DNA from: Nitrospirota bacterium
Lineage (GTDB): Bacteria; Nitrospirota; Thermodesulfovibrionia; Thermodesulfovibrionales; JdFR-85
Length of the DNA: 64,000 nt
Direction: 5' to 3'
NCBI GenBank assembly: GCA_011051565.1
Contig: DRKX01000089.1
Coordinates: 4,808 to 68,807 of the forward strand
The stretch's first letter is position 1, and every line of letters begins with the position of its first letter. A program made the position numbers and the translations under genes. Below the pieces are notes generated by a model that searched no databases, had not been told where the DNA came from, and saw only the letters and a program-made list of their open reading frames with translations. This document shows positions 42,422 to 50,535 of this stretch, piece by piece.

Positions 42422-44816
42422 GCTCTTCAGGTCCATAACCCCGGGTGCGACCGCCGCGGTCGAGTCTCTGCAGGAGGGCGGAGGCCCCGCCGAGCCGTTC
42501 ACGCTCCTCTTTCTCGACGACGAGCATGAAGTGCTCAACGCCCTGAAGAGGATATTCATAGATGAGAACTACCGGATACTCACGGCCGCATCCGTTGGCG
42601 AGGCCTTGGATTTGATGGAGCACGAGAGGGTCCACCTCGTCATATCCGACTACAGGATGCCGAAGGTGACCGGCGCCGAGTTCCTCAGGGAGGTGAAGCA
42701 GAGGTGGCCTGATACGATCAGGATAATGCTCACGGGACATGCGGACATACAGTCCATAATGGGGGCGGTGAACGACGGGGCGGTCTACAAGTTCATAACG
42801 AAGCCGTGGAACGACGAGGACCTGAGGCTCACCGTCAGTCTTGCGCTCCAGCAGTACGTGCTCATACAGGAGAACCGGAAGCTAAAGGAACTGACGAGGG
42901 AGCAGCAGCGCAGGATCAGGAACTACTCCGCCCACTTCAACGAAAACCGCGGGATCATGGGTGATATACTCGTCAAGTCGGGGACGATAAGCAGGGCCGA
43001 CCTGGATACGGCCTTGAAGGAGAAGGGGGATCAGGAATTCCTGGGCGAGACACTCGTGAGGCTCGGCCTGACCACTGAATCGAAGATAGTGAGGGCACTG
43101 CAGGAGCACCTGAACCTCGATTACATAGACCTGAGGGAGGTGAACCTGAGCCCGGCCGTAGTGGGCTTCCTGCCGCGTGACCTCTGCGAGAGGAACAGGC
43201 TGATCCCGGTGAAGGTGGCGGACAAGCAGATCACGATAGCCATGGCCGATCCATCCGATATATTCAAGTGCGACAACATAGCCCTGATGACCGGTCTCAA
43301 GGTGGTGCCGCTCGTTGCAAAGAGCTCGGACATCATGTTCCACTTGGGGAGGGCATACGACGGCTCCTCTGAGGCTGCCTTTGAAATGGACGGTATCTCA
43401 GCCATAGAGCCTCTCGATGAGATCGACATCATAATTGAGGAAGAGGATCCGGAGTTCAACGTGCAGGAGCTGATAGGCTCATCAGAGGTGCCGCCGGTCA
43501 TAAGGATTGTGAATGCGATAATCTCCGAGGCGATCCGCTACAAGGCGAGTGACATACACGTGGAGCCCAAGACGAAGTATTCCGTGATACGCTACCGGAT
43601 AGACGGCATGCTCCACAACAAGATCAAGATACCCTCCGACCTCCATCCCGCGACCATATCGAGGATAAAGATACTCGCCAAGATGGACATCGCCGAGAGG
43701 CGCAAGCCCCAGGACGGCCGGATAACGGTCAAGTCAGGCACGAGGATCGTGGACATAAGGGTCTCCACGATGCCGACCATCAACGGCGAGAAGGTGGTCA
43801 TGAGGATACTCGACAAGAATGCAGCCATCAAGCGGCTGAACGAACTCGGCGTCTCGCCCGCCGACCTCGACAAGCTCTATGCCCTTATCAAGAAGCCCCA
43901 GGGCATAATCATCTCCACTGGCCCCACAGGCAGCGGGAAGACGACGATGCTCTACTCCATACTGAACGAGATGCTCCAGAGCACGAAGAACTTCGAGACC
44001 ATCGAGGACCCTGTGGAGTATTTTCTCGAGGAGGCGAGCCAGGTCTATGTGAGGGAGAAGATAGGGCTCTCCTTTGCCTCTGTACTGCGGGCCACCCTGA
44101 GGCAGGACCCCGACGTCATCCTCGTCGGAGAGATACGTGACCACGAGACCGCCGACGTGGCGTTCAAGGCCGCCCTGACAGGTCACATGGTGCTGACGAC
44201 CCTCCATACGAACAATTCTGTGGCTTCAGTGACGCGGCTTATAGACATGGGCGTCAAACCCTACCTCATAGCTTCTGCCCTCGAGGGCATACTCGCGCAG
44301 AGGCTCGTCCGGAAGGTCTGCAGGTACTGCAGGAGGGAGGCCCCGCCGGACAGGGATTTGATGAGGCTGCTCAAGATACCTCCGGACTCCCTCGGTGACA
44401 GGACGTTCAGGGGGACCGGATGCGAGAGGTGCAATCACACGGGTTATCTCGGGAGGACCGGGATATTCGAGGTCTTCATCATGAACGACGACTTCAGGCA
44501 CTTCATTAGCAGTGCGTACAAGGAGGCGGAACTCCTGAACATGGCCCGCTCAGCGGGGATGAAGACCCTCATGGAAGACGGCATAGACAAGGTGAGGCAG
44601 GGAGAGACCACGCTCGATGAACTGCTTAGGGTGATAGGAACACAGACGAGACACGAACGCACGTGCGAGGAGTGCGGGAGGCTGATCGATGCAAAGTTCC
44701 TGTTCTGTCCCTACTGCGGCAGCTTCAAGCAGAACTTCTGCAGACAGTGCCGGATGCCCCTCGAGGACGACTGGCGGTTGTGCCCGTTCTGCGGCGGCGG
44801 CAGGGTCGGCCGGTGA
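42405..44816 (+). CDS. REC - T2SSE_N/MshEN-like - PilB/GspE-family hexameric ATPase - double zinc ribbon fusion protein
   Basis: REC spans about aa 33-150 (LLFLDDEHEV, ISDYRMPKVTG, KPWNDEDL). The N-terminal GspE domain carries two 24-aa MshEN-like repeats. Walker A is GPTGSGKTT. Walker B and the Asp/His boxes are DPDVILVGEIRD and TGHMVLTTLHTN. The canonical tetra-Cys motif is CRYC...CERC. An extra C-terminal segment reads CEECG..CPYCG..CRQC..CPFCG. It overlaps HK2 by 17 nt. Confidence 0.85.
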   Translation: MSRYAELFRSITPGATAAVESLQEGGGPAEPFTLLFLDDEHEVLNALKRIFIDENYRILTAASVGEALDLMEHERVHLVISDYRMPKVTGAEFLREVKQRWPDTIRIMLTGHADIQSIMGAVNDGAVYKFITKPWNDEDLRLTVSLALQQYVLIQENRKLKELTREQQRRIRNYSAHFNENRGIMGDILVKSGTISRADLDTALKEKGDQEFLGETLVRLGLTTESKIVRALQEHLNLDYIDLREVNLSPAVVGFLPRDLCERNRLIPVKVADKQITIAMADPSDIFKCDNIALMTGLKVVPLVAKSSDIMFHLGRAYDGSSEAAFEMDGISAIEPLDEIDIIIEEEDPEFNVQELIGSSEVPPVIRIVNAIISEAIRYKASDIHVEPKTKYSVIRYRIDGMLHNKIKIPSDLHPATISRIKILAKMDIAERRKPQDGRITVKSGTRIVDIRVSTMPTINGEKVVMRILDKNAAIKRLNELGVSPADLDKLYALIKKPQGIIISTGPTGSGKTTMLYSILNEMLQSTKNFETIEDPVEYFLEEASQVYVREKIGLSFASVLRATLRQDPDVILVGEIRDHETADVAFKAALTGHMVLTTLHTNNSVASVTRLIDMGVKPYLIASALEGILAQRLVRKVCRYCRREAPPDRDLMRLLKIPPDSLGDRTFRGTGCERCNHTGYLGRTGIFEVFIMNDDFRHFISSAYKEAELLNMARSAGMKTLMEDGIDKVRQGETTLDELLRVIGTQTRHERTCEECGRLIDAKFLFCPYCGSFKQNFCRQCRMPLEDDWRLCPFCGGGRVGR

Positions 44817-44873
44817 ATACATCCTGGACAAGGGGGGCTTATGTATCCAAAACAACTCAAGGAGGACGGTTTA

Positions 44874-45431
44874 ATGGAAGACTGCATACTCCTGGTGGAT
44901 GACGAACCCAACATCATATCTTCACTCAAGAGGGTCCTCATGGACGAGCAATACACTATATTCTCGGCCAACAGCGGAGCCGAGGCCCTCGATATCCTGA
45001 AGGAACAGAGGATAAAGGTGGTGATCTCCGACGAGCGCATGCCGGGCATGTCAGGGGCTGAGTTCCTCTCGATCGTGAGGAACCGGTTTCCCGGGGTCGT
45101 CAGGATCGTCCTGACGGGTCATGCGAGCATAGAGGCTGCCATGAGTGCGGTCAACAACGGGGAGATATACAGGTTCTTCACAAAGCCTTGGAACGATGTG
45201 GAACTGAAGCTCTCGATACGCTCGGCCGTCGAGAAACACGACCTCGAGGCAGAGAACAGGAGGCTCCTCAGCATAGTGAGGACCCAGGCGCTCGAGCTGA
45301 AGCTGCTCGAGAAGCGATATCCGAACATCACGAAGATCGAGCGCGACGACGACGGAAACCTGATCCTGCCCGACATCTCGGACGAGGATCTCTCCGCGAT
45401 CGTCGCCCAGTGTGAGAGGGAGTTTACATGA
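44874..45431 (+). CDS. Stand-alone response regulator (REC plus a ~70-aa C-terminal helix-rich tail)
   Basis: The start MEDCILLVDDEPNI has RBS AAGGAGGA 7 nt upstream. ATG 44841 is the alternative. REC motifs are ISDERMPGMSG and KPWNDVEL. Confidence 0.8.
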   Translation: MEDCILLVDDEPNIISSLKRVLMDEQYTIFSANSGAEALDILKEQRIKVVISDERMPGMSGAEFLSIVRNRFPGVVRIVLTGHASIEAAMSAVNNGEIYRFFTKPWNDVELKLSIRSAVEKHDLEAENRRLLSIVRTQALELKLLEKRYPNITKIERDDDGNLILPDISDEDLSAIVAQCEREFT

Positions 45432-46291
45432 GCAAGAGCCGCAACATAGAGACGTTCGTTTCAGGGGTGAAGGACCTGCCGACCCTTCCCTCCGTCGTGC
45501 TCAAGGTCAACCAGGCACTGATGGACAGCTCGGCGACCATCGACTCGGTCAGCAGCATAGTCGAGAGGGACCCGGCCCTTACAGCCAAGGTGCTCAGGTT
45601 GGCCAACTCGAGCTACTACGGGTTTTCCTCCTCCGTGGACACCCTGTCGAGGGCCGTCACCGTCCTCGGTTTCAACACCATAAGGAGTCTTGCGACCACG
45701 GTCTCCGTCTTCAAGATATTCAAGAGGGAGCCGTCGGGCTCCTTCGACATGCATGGCCTGTGGCTTCACAGCCTCGGCTGTGCGATCGCCTCGAAGGTCC
45801 TCGTCCACGCGATGGGGACTGCACTTCGAGAGAAGGCCTTCGTTTGCGGCCTGATACACGACATAGGAAAGGTCGTCATCGCGCAGAACCTTCCTGACGA
45901 GACGGCGGAGGTCCTGAGGCGCCTCGAGGATGACGGTTCCCCGGACATGGCTGAGGTGGAAGAGGAGGTCATAGGGTTCGCCCACACCGGTGTGGGTGCG
46001 CTCATAGCCGAGAGGTGGCATTTCCCGAGGGAGCTCTCCGAGGCCATCAGGCTTCACCACAGGTCCGGAGACGATCCGGACGAGGCGCATCCGGTCTTGA
46101 CGTATGCCGTGTATGCCGGAAACCAGATTGCAAAGGAGCGCGGGCTCGGCAGGAGCCAGAACAGGAAGGTCCGTGAGGTCCAGGCGTGGGTGCGGGAGAG
46201 GCTGGGCGTGTCTGTGGAGGATCTGCCGGGGCTGCTTGAGAGGACCGAGTATGACTTCAACACTGTGGTGAACTCGTGGGACCTCGCTTGA
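45428..46291 (+). CDS. HDOD-domain protein
   Basis: It has an ATGA overlap with the previous gene. Motifs are LPTLPSVVLKVNQAL, LANSSYYGF and GLIHDIGKVVI, typical of HDOD. Confidence 0.8.
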   Translation: MSKSRNIETFVSGVKDLPTLPSVVLKVNQALMDSSATIDSVSSIVERDPALTAKVLRLANSSYYGFSSSVDTLSRAVTVLGFNTIRSLATTVSVFKIFKREPSGSFDMHGLWLHSLGCAIASKVLVHAMGTALREKAFVCGLIHDIGKVVIAQNLPDETAEVLRRLEDDGSPDMAEVEEEVIGFAHTGVGALIAERWHFPRELSEAIRLHHRSGDDPDEAHPVLTYAVYAGNQIAKERGLGRSQNRKVREVQAWVRERLGVSVEDLPGLLERTEYDFNTVVNSWDLA

Positions 46292-46391
46292 AAGCCGCAG
46301 ACCATGCAGACCGCGAGTCGTCGGTCAGGTGTGCCGGCCGACATCATGGTATGCAGGGGGTGTTGTCGCGTGGAATATTAGGTGGAATATA

Positions 46392-46423
46392 GAAAGTCCC
46401 TTTGCTGTCACAGAGGGACTTTC
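46392..46423 (-). terminator. Hairpin terminator between the convergent HDOD and csp genes
   Basis: A 10-bp perfect stem, GAAAGTCCCT (46392-46401) / AGGGACTTTC (46414-46423), with a 12-nt loop. It lies 22 nt past the csp stop. Confidence 0.5.
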
Positions 46424-46444
46424 CCGGTCGTTTACAGGTGTTGT

Positions 46445-46645
46445 TTACTGCTTGACCACATTGACCGCCTTGGGGCCCTTCGGGCCTTCTTCGATATCGA
46501 AGCTGACCGACTCTCCCTCGGCGAGTGACTTGAAGCCGTCGTCCTGGATAGAGGAGTAGTGAACGAAGACGTCACTGCCGTCTTCACTCGTGATGAATCC
46601 AAAACCCTTAGACTCGTTGAACCACTTCACTGTTCCATTAGCCAT
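46445..46645 (-). CDS. cspA: Cold-shock protein (CspA family)
   Basis: The 66-aa product reads [34 protein letters not shown], containing the RNP1 and RNP2 motifs. The RBS is AAGGAGG. The upstream in-frame extension shown in the track is implausible. Confidence 0.95.
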   Translation of the reverse strand: MANGTVKWFNESKGFGFITSEDGSDVFVHYSSIQDDGFKSLAEGESVSFDIEEGPKGPKAVNVVKQ

Positions 46646-46771
46646 CTCTCTCGTACCTCCTTGCTGAATACTTTGAAGTCTCGGAACTACACCGCTCCTA
46701 AACAAAAAGGCCACCAAGCTAAAAGTCTTTGTGGCCTTACGCGTAACAAAAACTTCCAAAACTCTATACAA

Positions 46772-46801
46772 AGAGTAACACACCCGGTGGTCGATAGTCA
46801 A
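46772..46801 (-). promoter_or_regulatory. Putative csp promoter with extended -10
   Basis: On the minus strand: TTGACT (plus 46796-46801), then TGtTACTCT (TACTCT = plus 46772-46777), with an 18-nt spacer. This implies a 5' UTR of about 120 nt. Confidence 0.4.
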
Positions 46802-46884
46802 CACAAAAATAACCCCCCGTATAGATCAGCCTCGCGGACGGGCGGGCCGCGAAGGGCGGCGTCACCCGGGCGGGATCGCCTTCT

Positions 46885-46913
46885 TTGACTTTAAGGAAGT
46901 CCCTGTGTATATA
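46885..46913 (+). promoter_or_regulatory. Putative promoter of lysA-dapF-pilZ-dapA
   Basis: TTGACT (46885-46890), a 17-nt spacer, then TATATA (46908-46913). TATAAT follows at 46910-46915. Confidence 0.5.
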
Positions 46914-46953
46914 ATATAAGGTTTGATAACGAGGCCGTTCGAGGGGAGGACCC

Positions 46954-48210
46954 ATGGATTACTTCAGATATGTAAGGGGAGAGCTCTTTGCCGAAGACGT
47001 GCCTGTTGAGGCCCTCATCGAAGAGTACGGCACGCCCCTGTACGTTTACAGCCACAGGACGCTCGCGAGGCACTTGGATGCATACGCTCATGCATTCGCC
47101 GAGGTCCCTCACATCGTGTGCTTTGCAGCTAAGGCCAACTCGAACAGTGCAATACTGCGCCTGGTGGCGCGGCACGGCGGCGGTGCCGACATCGTATCCG
47201 GAGGAGAGCTCTACAGGGCCCTCCGCGTGGGCATACCCCCGGAAAAGATAGTCTATGCCGGCGTGGGCAAGACGGATGACGAGATACGGTATGCCCTCGG
47301 CAAGAGGATATTGATGTTCAATGTCGAGTCCGGTCAGGAGCTCGAGAGGATCAACGCCGTAGCAGGCCGTATGGGGGTCAAGGCTCCGGTGGCGCTGAGG
47401 ATAAACCCTGATATCGATCCCGAGACCCATCCATACATATCGACCGGCCTCAGGAAGCACAAGTTCGGCATTCCTATAGAGAACGCCCTCGAGTACTACA
47501 GGCTGGCGAAACGGCTCGAGAATGTCGAGATCATAGGGGTGCACAAGCATATCGGTTCCCAGATAACCCGCGTGAGTCCCTTTGTCGACGCCCTCCAGAG
47601 GGTGCTCGTTCTCGTGGAGAGCCTGAGGGCCGAGGGGATCGGGCTGAGATATCTGGACATAGGAGGCGGGCTTGGGATACAATATAACGACGAAAGACCG
47701 CCCCATCCGAAGGAGTTGGCACGAAGACTCCTGCCGCTCCTCAGGGGACGGGAGATAACCCTGATCATGGAGCCGGGACGCTCCATTGCCGGGAATGCGG
47801 GCATCCTTCTCACCAAGGTGCTCTACCTGAAGAGGGGGGATGACAGGGAGTTCGTGATAGTGGATGCCGGGATGAACGACCTGATGAGGCCCACGCTGTA
47901 CGACGCCTATCACCACATAGCCCCTGTCAGAAAGAACAGGCGCAGGAAGATCACGGCGGATATCGTCGGTCCCGTATGTGAGTCTGGTGATTTCCTTGCA
48001 AGGAACAGGGAGATCAACCGGGTCGAGCAGGGCGAGTATCTCGCCGTCATGAGTGCCGGGGCCTATGGTTTCTCCATGAGCTCCAACTACAACAGCCGTC
48101 CACGGCCGGCCGAGGTGCTCGTCAGGGGCGGCGAACACTATGTCATAAGAAAACGGGAGACATACAGGGACCTCGTCCGCGGCGAGGTGATCCCCGACTT
48201 CTTGCAGTAG
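46954..48210 (+). CDS. lysA: Diaminopimelate decarboxylase
   Basis: The protein is colinear with LysA over its full length. Motifs are FAAKANSN (PLP Lys), GGGLGI, EPGRSI and CESGD. Confidence 0.95.
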   Translation: MDYFRYVRGELFAEDVPVEALIEEYGTPLYVYSHRTLARHLDAYAHAFAEVPHIVCFAAKANSNSAILRLVARHGGGADIVSGGELYRALRVGIPPEKIVYAGVGKTDDEIRYALGKRILMFNVESGQELERINAVAGRMGVKAPVALRINPDIDPETHPYISTGLRKHKFGIPIENALEYYRLAKRLENVEIIGVHKHIGSQITRVSPFVDALQRVLVLVESLRAEGIGLRYLDIGGGLGIQYNDERPPHPKELARRLLPLLRGREITLIMEPGRSIAGNAGILLTKVLYLKRGDDREFVIVDAGMNDLMRPTLYDAYHHIAPVRKNRRRKITADIVGPVCESGDFLARNREINRVEQGEYLAVMSAGAYGFSMSSNYNSRPRPAEVLVRGGEHYVIRKRETYRDLVRGEVIPDFLQ

Positions 48211-48247
48211 ATTCGGGATGATGATGGATCTCACGGTGATATGAAGT

Positions 48248-49141
48248 ATGAAGATCGAGTTCACAAAGATGCACGGTCTCGGAAACGACTTTGTCGTGAT
48301 AGACACGCTCAGGGAGTCGTCACTGGCCGGGCTGGATACGGATGAACTGTCGAGTCTCGCGGCACATCTGTGCAACAGGAGGCTCGGCATAGGTGCGGAT
48401 CAGCTTCTTCTGCTCTGCCAGTCGCACGAGGCTGATTTCAGGATGAGGATCTTCAATGCCGACGGCTCTGAGGTCGAGATGTGCGGCAACGGCATCCGCT
48501 GTCTTGCCAGGTACATCTGGGAGAGGGGGCTGAGCGACAAGGCGGTCCTCGACATCGAGACCCTTGCCGGCATAATCCGGCCCGAGGCACGAGGAGAGAT
48601 GGTGAGGGTCGACATGGGAATGCCGGAGTTCTCGCCGGAGAAGATACCGGTGGACATACGCGAGTCGGACCGCACTGTCCTTCCGGAGACGGCGGTCTTC
48701 CTGGATTACCCTCTCGAGATAGAGGGGCGAGTCTTCGATGTCACCTGCCTCTCGATGGGCAACCCTCACTGCGTGACGGTCATAGATGAGGTGGAGACCT
48801 TTCCCGTGAGTTACTACGGGCCCCTGATCGAGAACCACCGGATGTTTCCCGCCCGCACGAACGTGGAGTTCATAGAGATACTCAACGACAGGGAGATCAG
48901 GATGAGGGTCTGGGAGAGGGGCGCCGGCGAGACTATGGCCTGCGGGACCGGGGCCTCTGCGGCTGCCGTGGCGGCGTCGCTTAAGGGGTCGACGGGAAGG
49001 GACGTCACGGTCCGCCTGCTCGGCGGAGACCTCACCATCGAATGGGCGGAGGACGGACACGTGTACATGACCGGTCCGGCAGTGACCGTCTTCGACGGGG
49101 TCATCGACACGGAGATATTAGTGGGGGAAGAGATATGTTAG
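48248..49141 (+). CDS. dapF: Diaminopimelate epimerase
   Basis: Motifs are FTKMHGLGNDFVVID and the catalytic Cys contexts EMCGNG and MACGTG. Confidence 0.95.
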   Translation: MKIEFTKMHGLGNDFVVIDTLRESSLAGLDTDELSSLAAHLCNRRLGIGADQLLLLCQSHEADFRMRIFNADGSEVEMCGNGIRCLARYIWERGLSDKAVLDIETLAGIIRPEARGEMVRVDMGMPEFSPEKIPVDIRESDRTVLPETAVFLDYPLEIEGRVFDVTCLSMGNPHCVTVIDEVETFPVSYYGPLIENHRMFPARTNVEFIEILNDREIRMRVWERGAGETMACGTGASAAAVAASLKGSTGRDVTVRLLGGDLTIEWAEDGHVYMTGPAVTVFDGVIDTEILVGEEIC

Positions 49142-49434
49142 AGGAGAAGAGGCGTGTTTCGAGACAGGCTACCCGCCTGAACATCAGGTTTGCGGTGACC
49201 GAGGTGGGCGGCAGGGATGCCACGCGGGTCGAGGCCGACGGCTCGATCGTCGACATATCGGAGCAGGGCTTCTGCATGATAACGACCTATCCCTTGCAGA
49301 AGGGGCATGCAATAACCATAAGGGACAGGGGAGACGATAAGATGCCGGCCTACGGGCTTGTAAGGTGGACGGAGAAGGAGGGCTCCACGTACAGGGCCGG
49401 CCTTTATCACAGTCATCCGGCGAGCGGCATTTGA
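49135..49434 (+). CDS. Single-domain PilZ protein
   Basis: The 99-aa product carries RRVSR (RxxxR) and DISEQG (DxSxxG). ATG 49135 overlaps the dapF stop (ATGTTAG). Confidence 0.7.
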   Translation: MLEEKRRVSRQATRLNIRFAVTEVGGRDATRVEADGSIVDISEQGFCMITTYPLQKGHAITIRDRGDDKMPAYGLVRWTEKEGSTYRAGLYHSHPASGI

Positions 49435-49557
49435 GGAGACTCTTTTCGCCGGGATGTCTCGATCCGGGGAATGAGTCGTCCGGCAGCCGGCATTTAAAAA
49501 CTCTTTTCGTGCCCGCGGCGGCGGGAGCGCCTTGCAGTTCTCAAGGAGGAGGTTTCG

Positions 49558-50430
49558 ATGTTCAAGGGTTCGATAGTAGCGCTGGTCACGCCGTTCAAGA
49601 ACGGCGCGGTGGACGAGAAGGCGTTGTCAGAGCTGATCGAGTGGCATATAGCAGAGGGTACGAACGGCATAGTGCCCTGCGGCACCACGGGTGAGTCGGC
49701 GACCCTGACATACGAAGAGCACTACGGTGTGATAAAGACCACGGTAGAGGTGGTAAACAAGAGGGTCCCGGTCATAGCAGGCACCGGCGCCAACTCGACG
49801 GAAGAGACGATCGTCATGACGCGGGAGGCGCAGAGGCTCGGGGCCGATGCGGCACTGCTCGTCGCGCCGTACTACAACAAGCCCTCGCAGGAGGGCCTGT
49901 ACAGGCATTACAGGGCGGTGGCGGAGGCCGTAGACCTTCCGCTCGTTCTCTACAACGTCCCAGGGCGCACTGCGGTCAACATCCTCCCGCAGACGGTCGA
50001 GCGGCTTGCTGAGATAGAAAACGTCGTCGCCATCAAGGAAGCCACCGGCGACATGAGACAGGTGAGCGACGTCCTGAGGCGGTGCGGCGAGAGGATCACC
50101 GTGCTCTCAGGAGACGACTTCACCACATACACACTCCTCGCCCTCGGCGGCAAGGGAGTGATCTCGGTGACCGCCAATGTGATGCCGCGGGATGTCTCCC
50201 GGATGTGCGCACTCTACGAGGAGGGGCGTTACGACGACGCTCGGCAGCTCCACTTCAGGCTCGAACCGCTCAATGCAGCCATGTTCCTCGAGACCAACCC
50301 CATTCCCGTCAAGACGGCCCTGTCGATGATGGGCAGGACTACCGCGGAACTCCGCCTCCCGCTGTGTGAGATGTCGGAGGCGAACAAGGAGAGCCTCAGG
50401 AGGACCCTGCTCTCGTACGGCCTGGTCTGA
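49558..50430 (+). CDS. dapA: 4-hydroxy-tetrahydrodipicolinate synthase
   Basis: Motifs are PCGTTGES, YNVPGRT and the Schiff-base Lys in AIKEATG. The RBS is GGAGGAGG. Confidence 0.95.
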   Translation: MFKGSIVALVTPFKNGAVDEKALSELIEWHIAEGTNGIVPCGTTGESATLTYEEHYGVIKTTVEVVNKRVPVIAGTGANSTEETIVMTREAQRLGADAALLVAPYYNKPSQEGLYRHYRAVAEAVDLPLVLYNVPGRTAVNILPQTVERLAEIENVVAIKEATGDMRQVSDVLRRCGERITVLSGDDFTTYTLLALGGKGVISVTANVMPRDVSRMCALYEEGRYDDARQLHFRLEPLNAAMFLETNPIPVKTALSMMGRTTAELRLPLCEMSEANKESLRRTLLSYGLV

Positions 50431-50500
50431 GGAACGCGCGGTACAATCGTGTCCTGTAACAAGGGCCTGTTTGCGGGGTTCGGAGAAGGCGGAGTCTTCC

Positions 50501-50530
50501 TTGAAAATCCTGATACCTATCTGGTAGTAT
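50501..50530 (+). promoter_or_regulatory. Putative promoter placed for a leaderless transcript of the RDD gene
   Basis: TTGAAA (50501-50506), an 18-nt spacer, then TAGTAT (50525-50530). The A of ATG 50536 lies 6 nt downstream of the -10. No Shine-Dalgarno sequence is present. Confidence 0.45.
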
Positions 50531-50535
50531 TTTAG

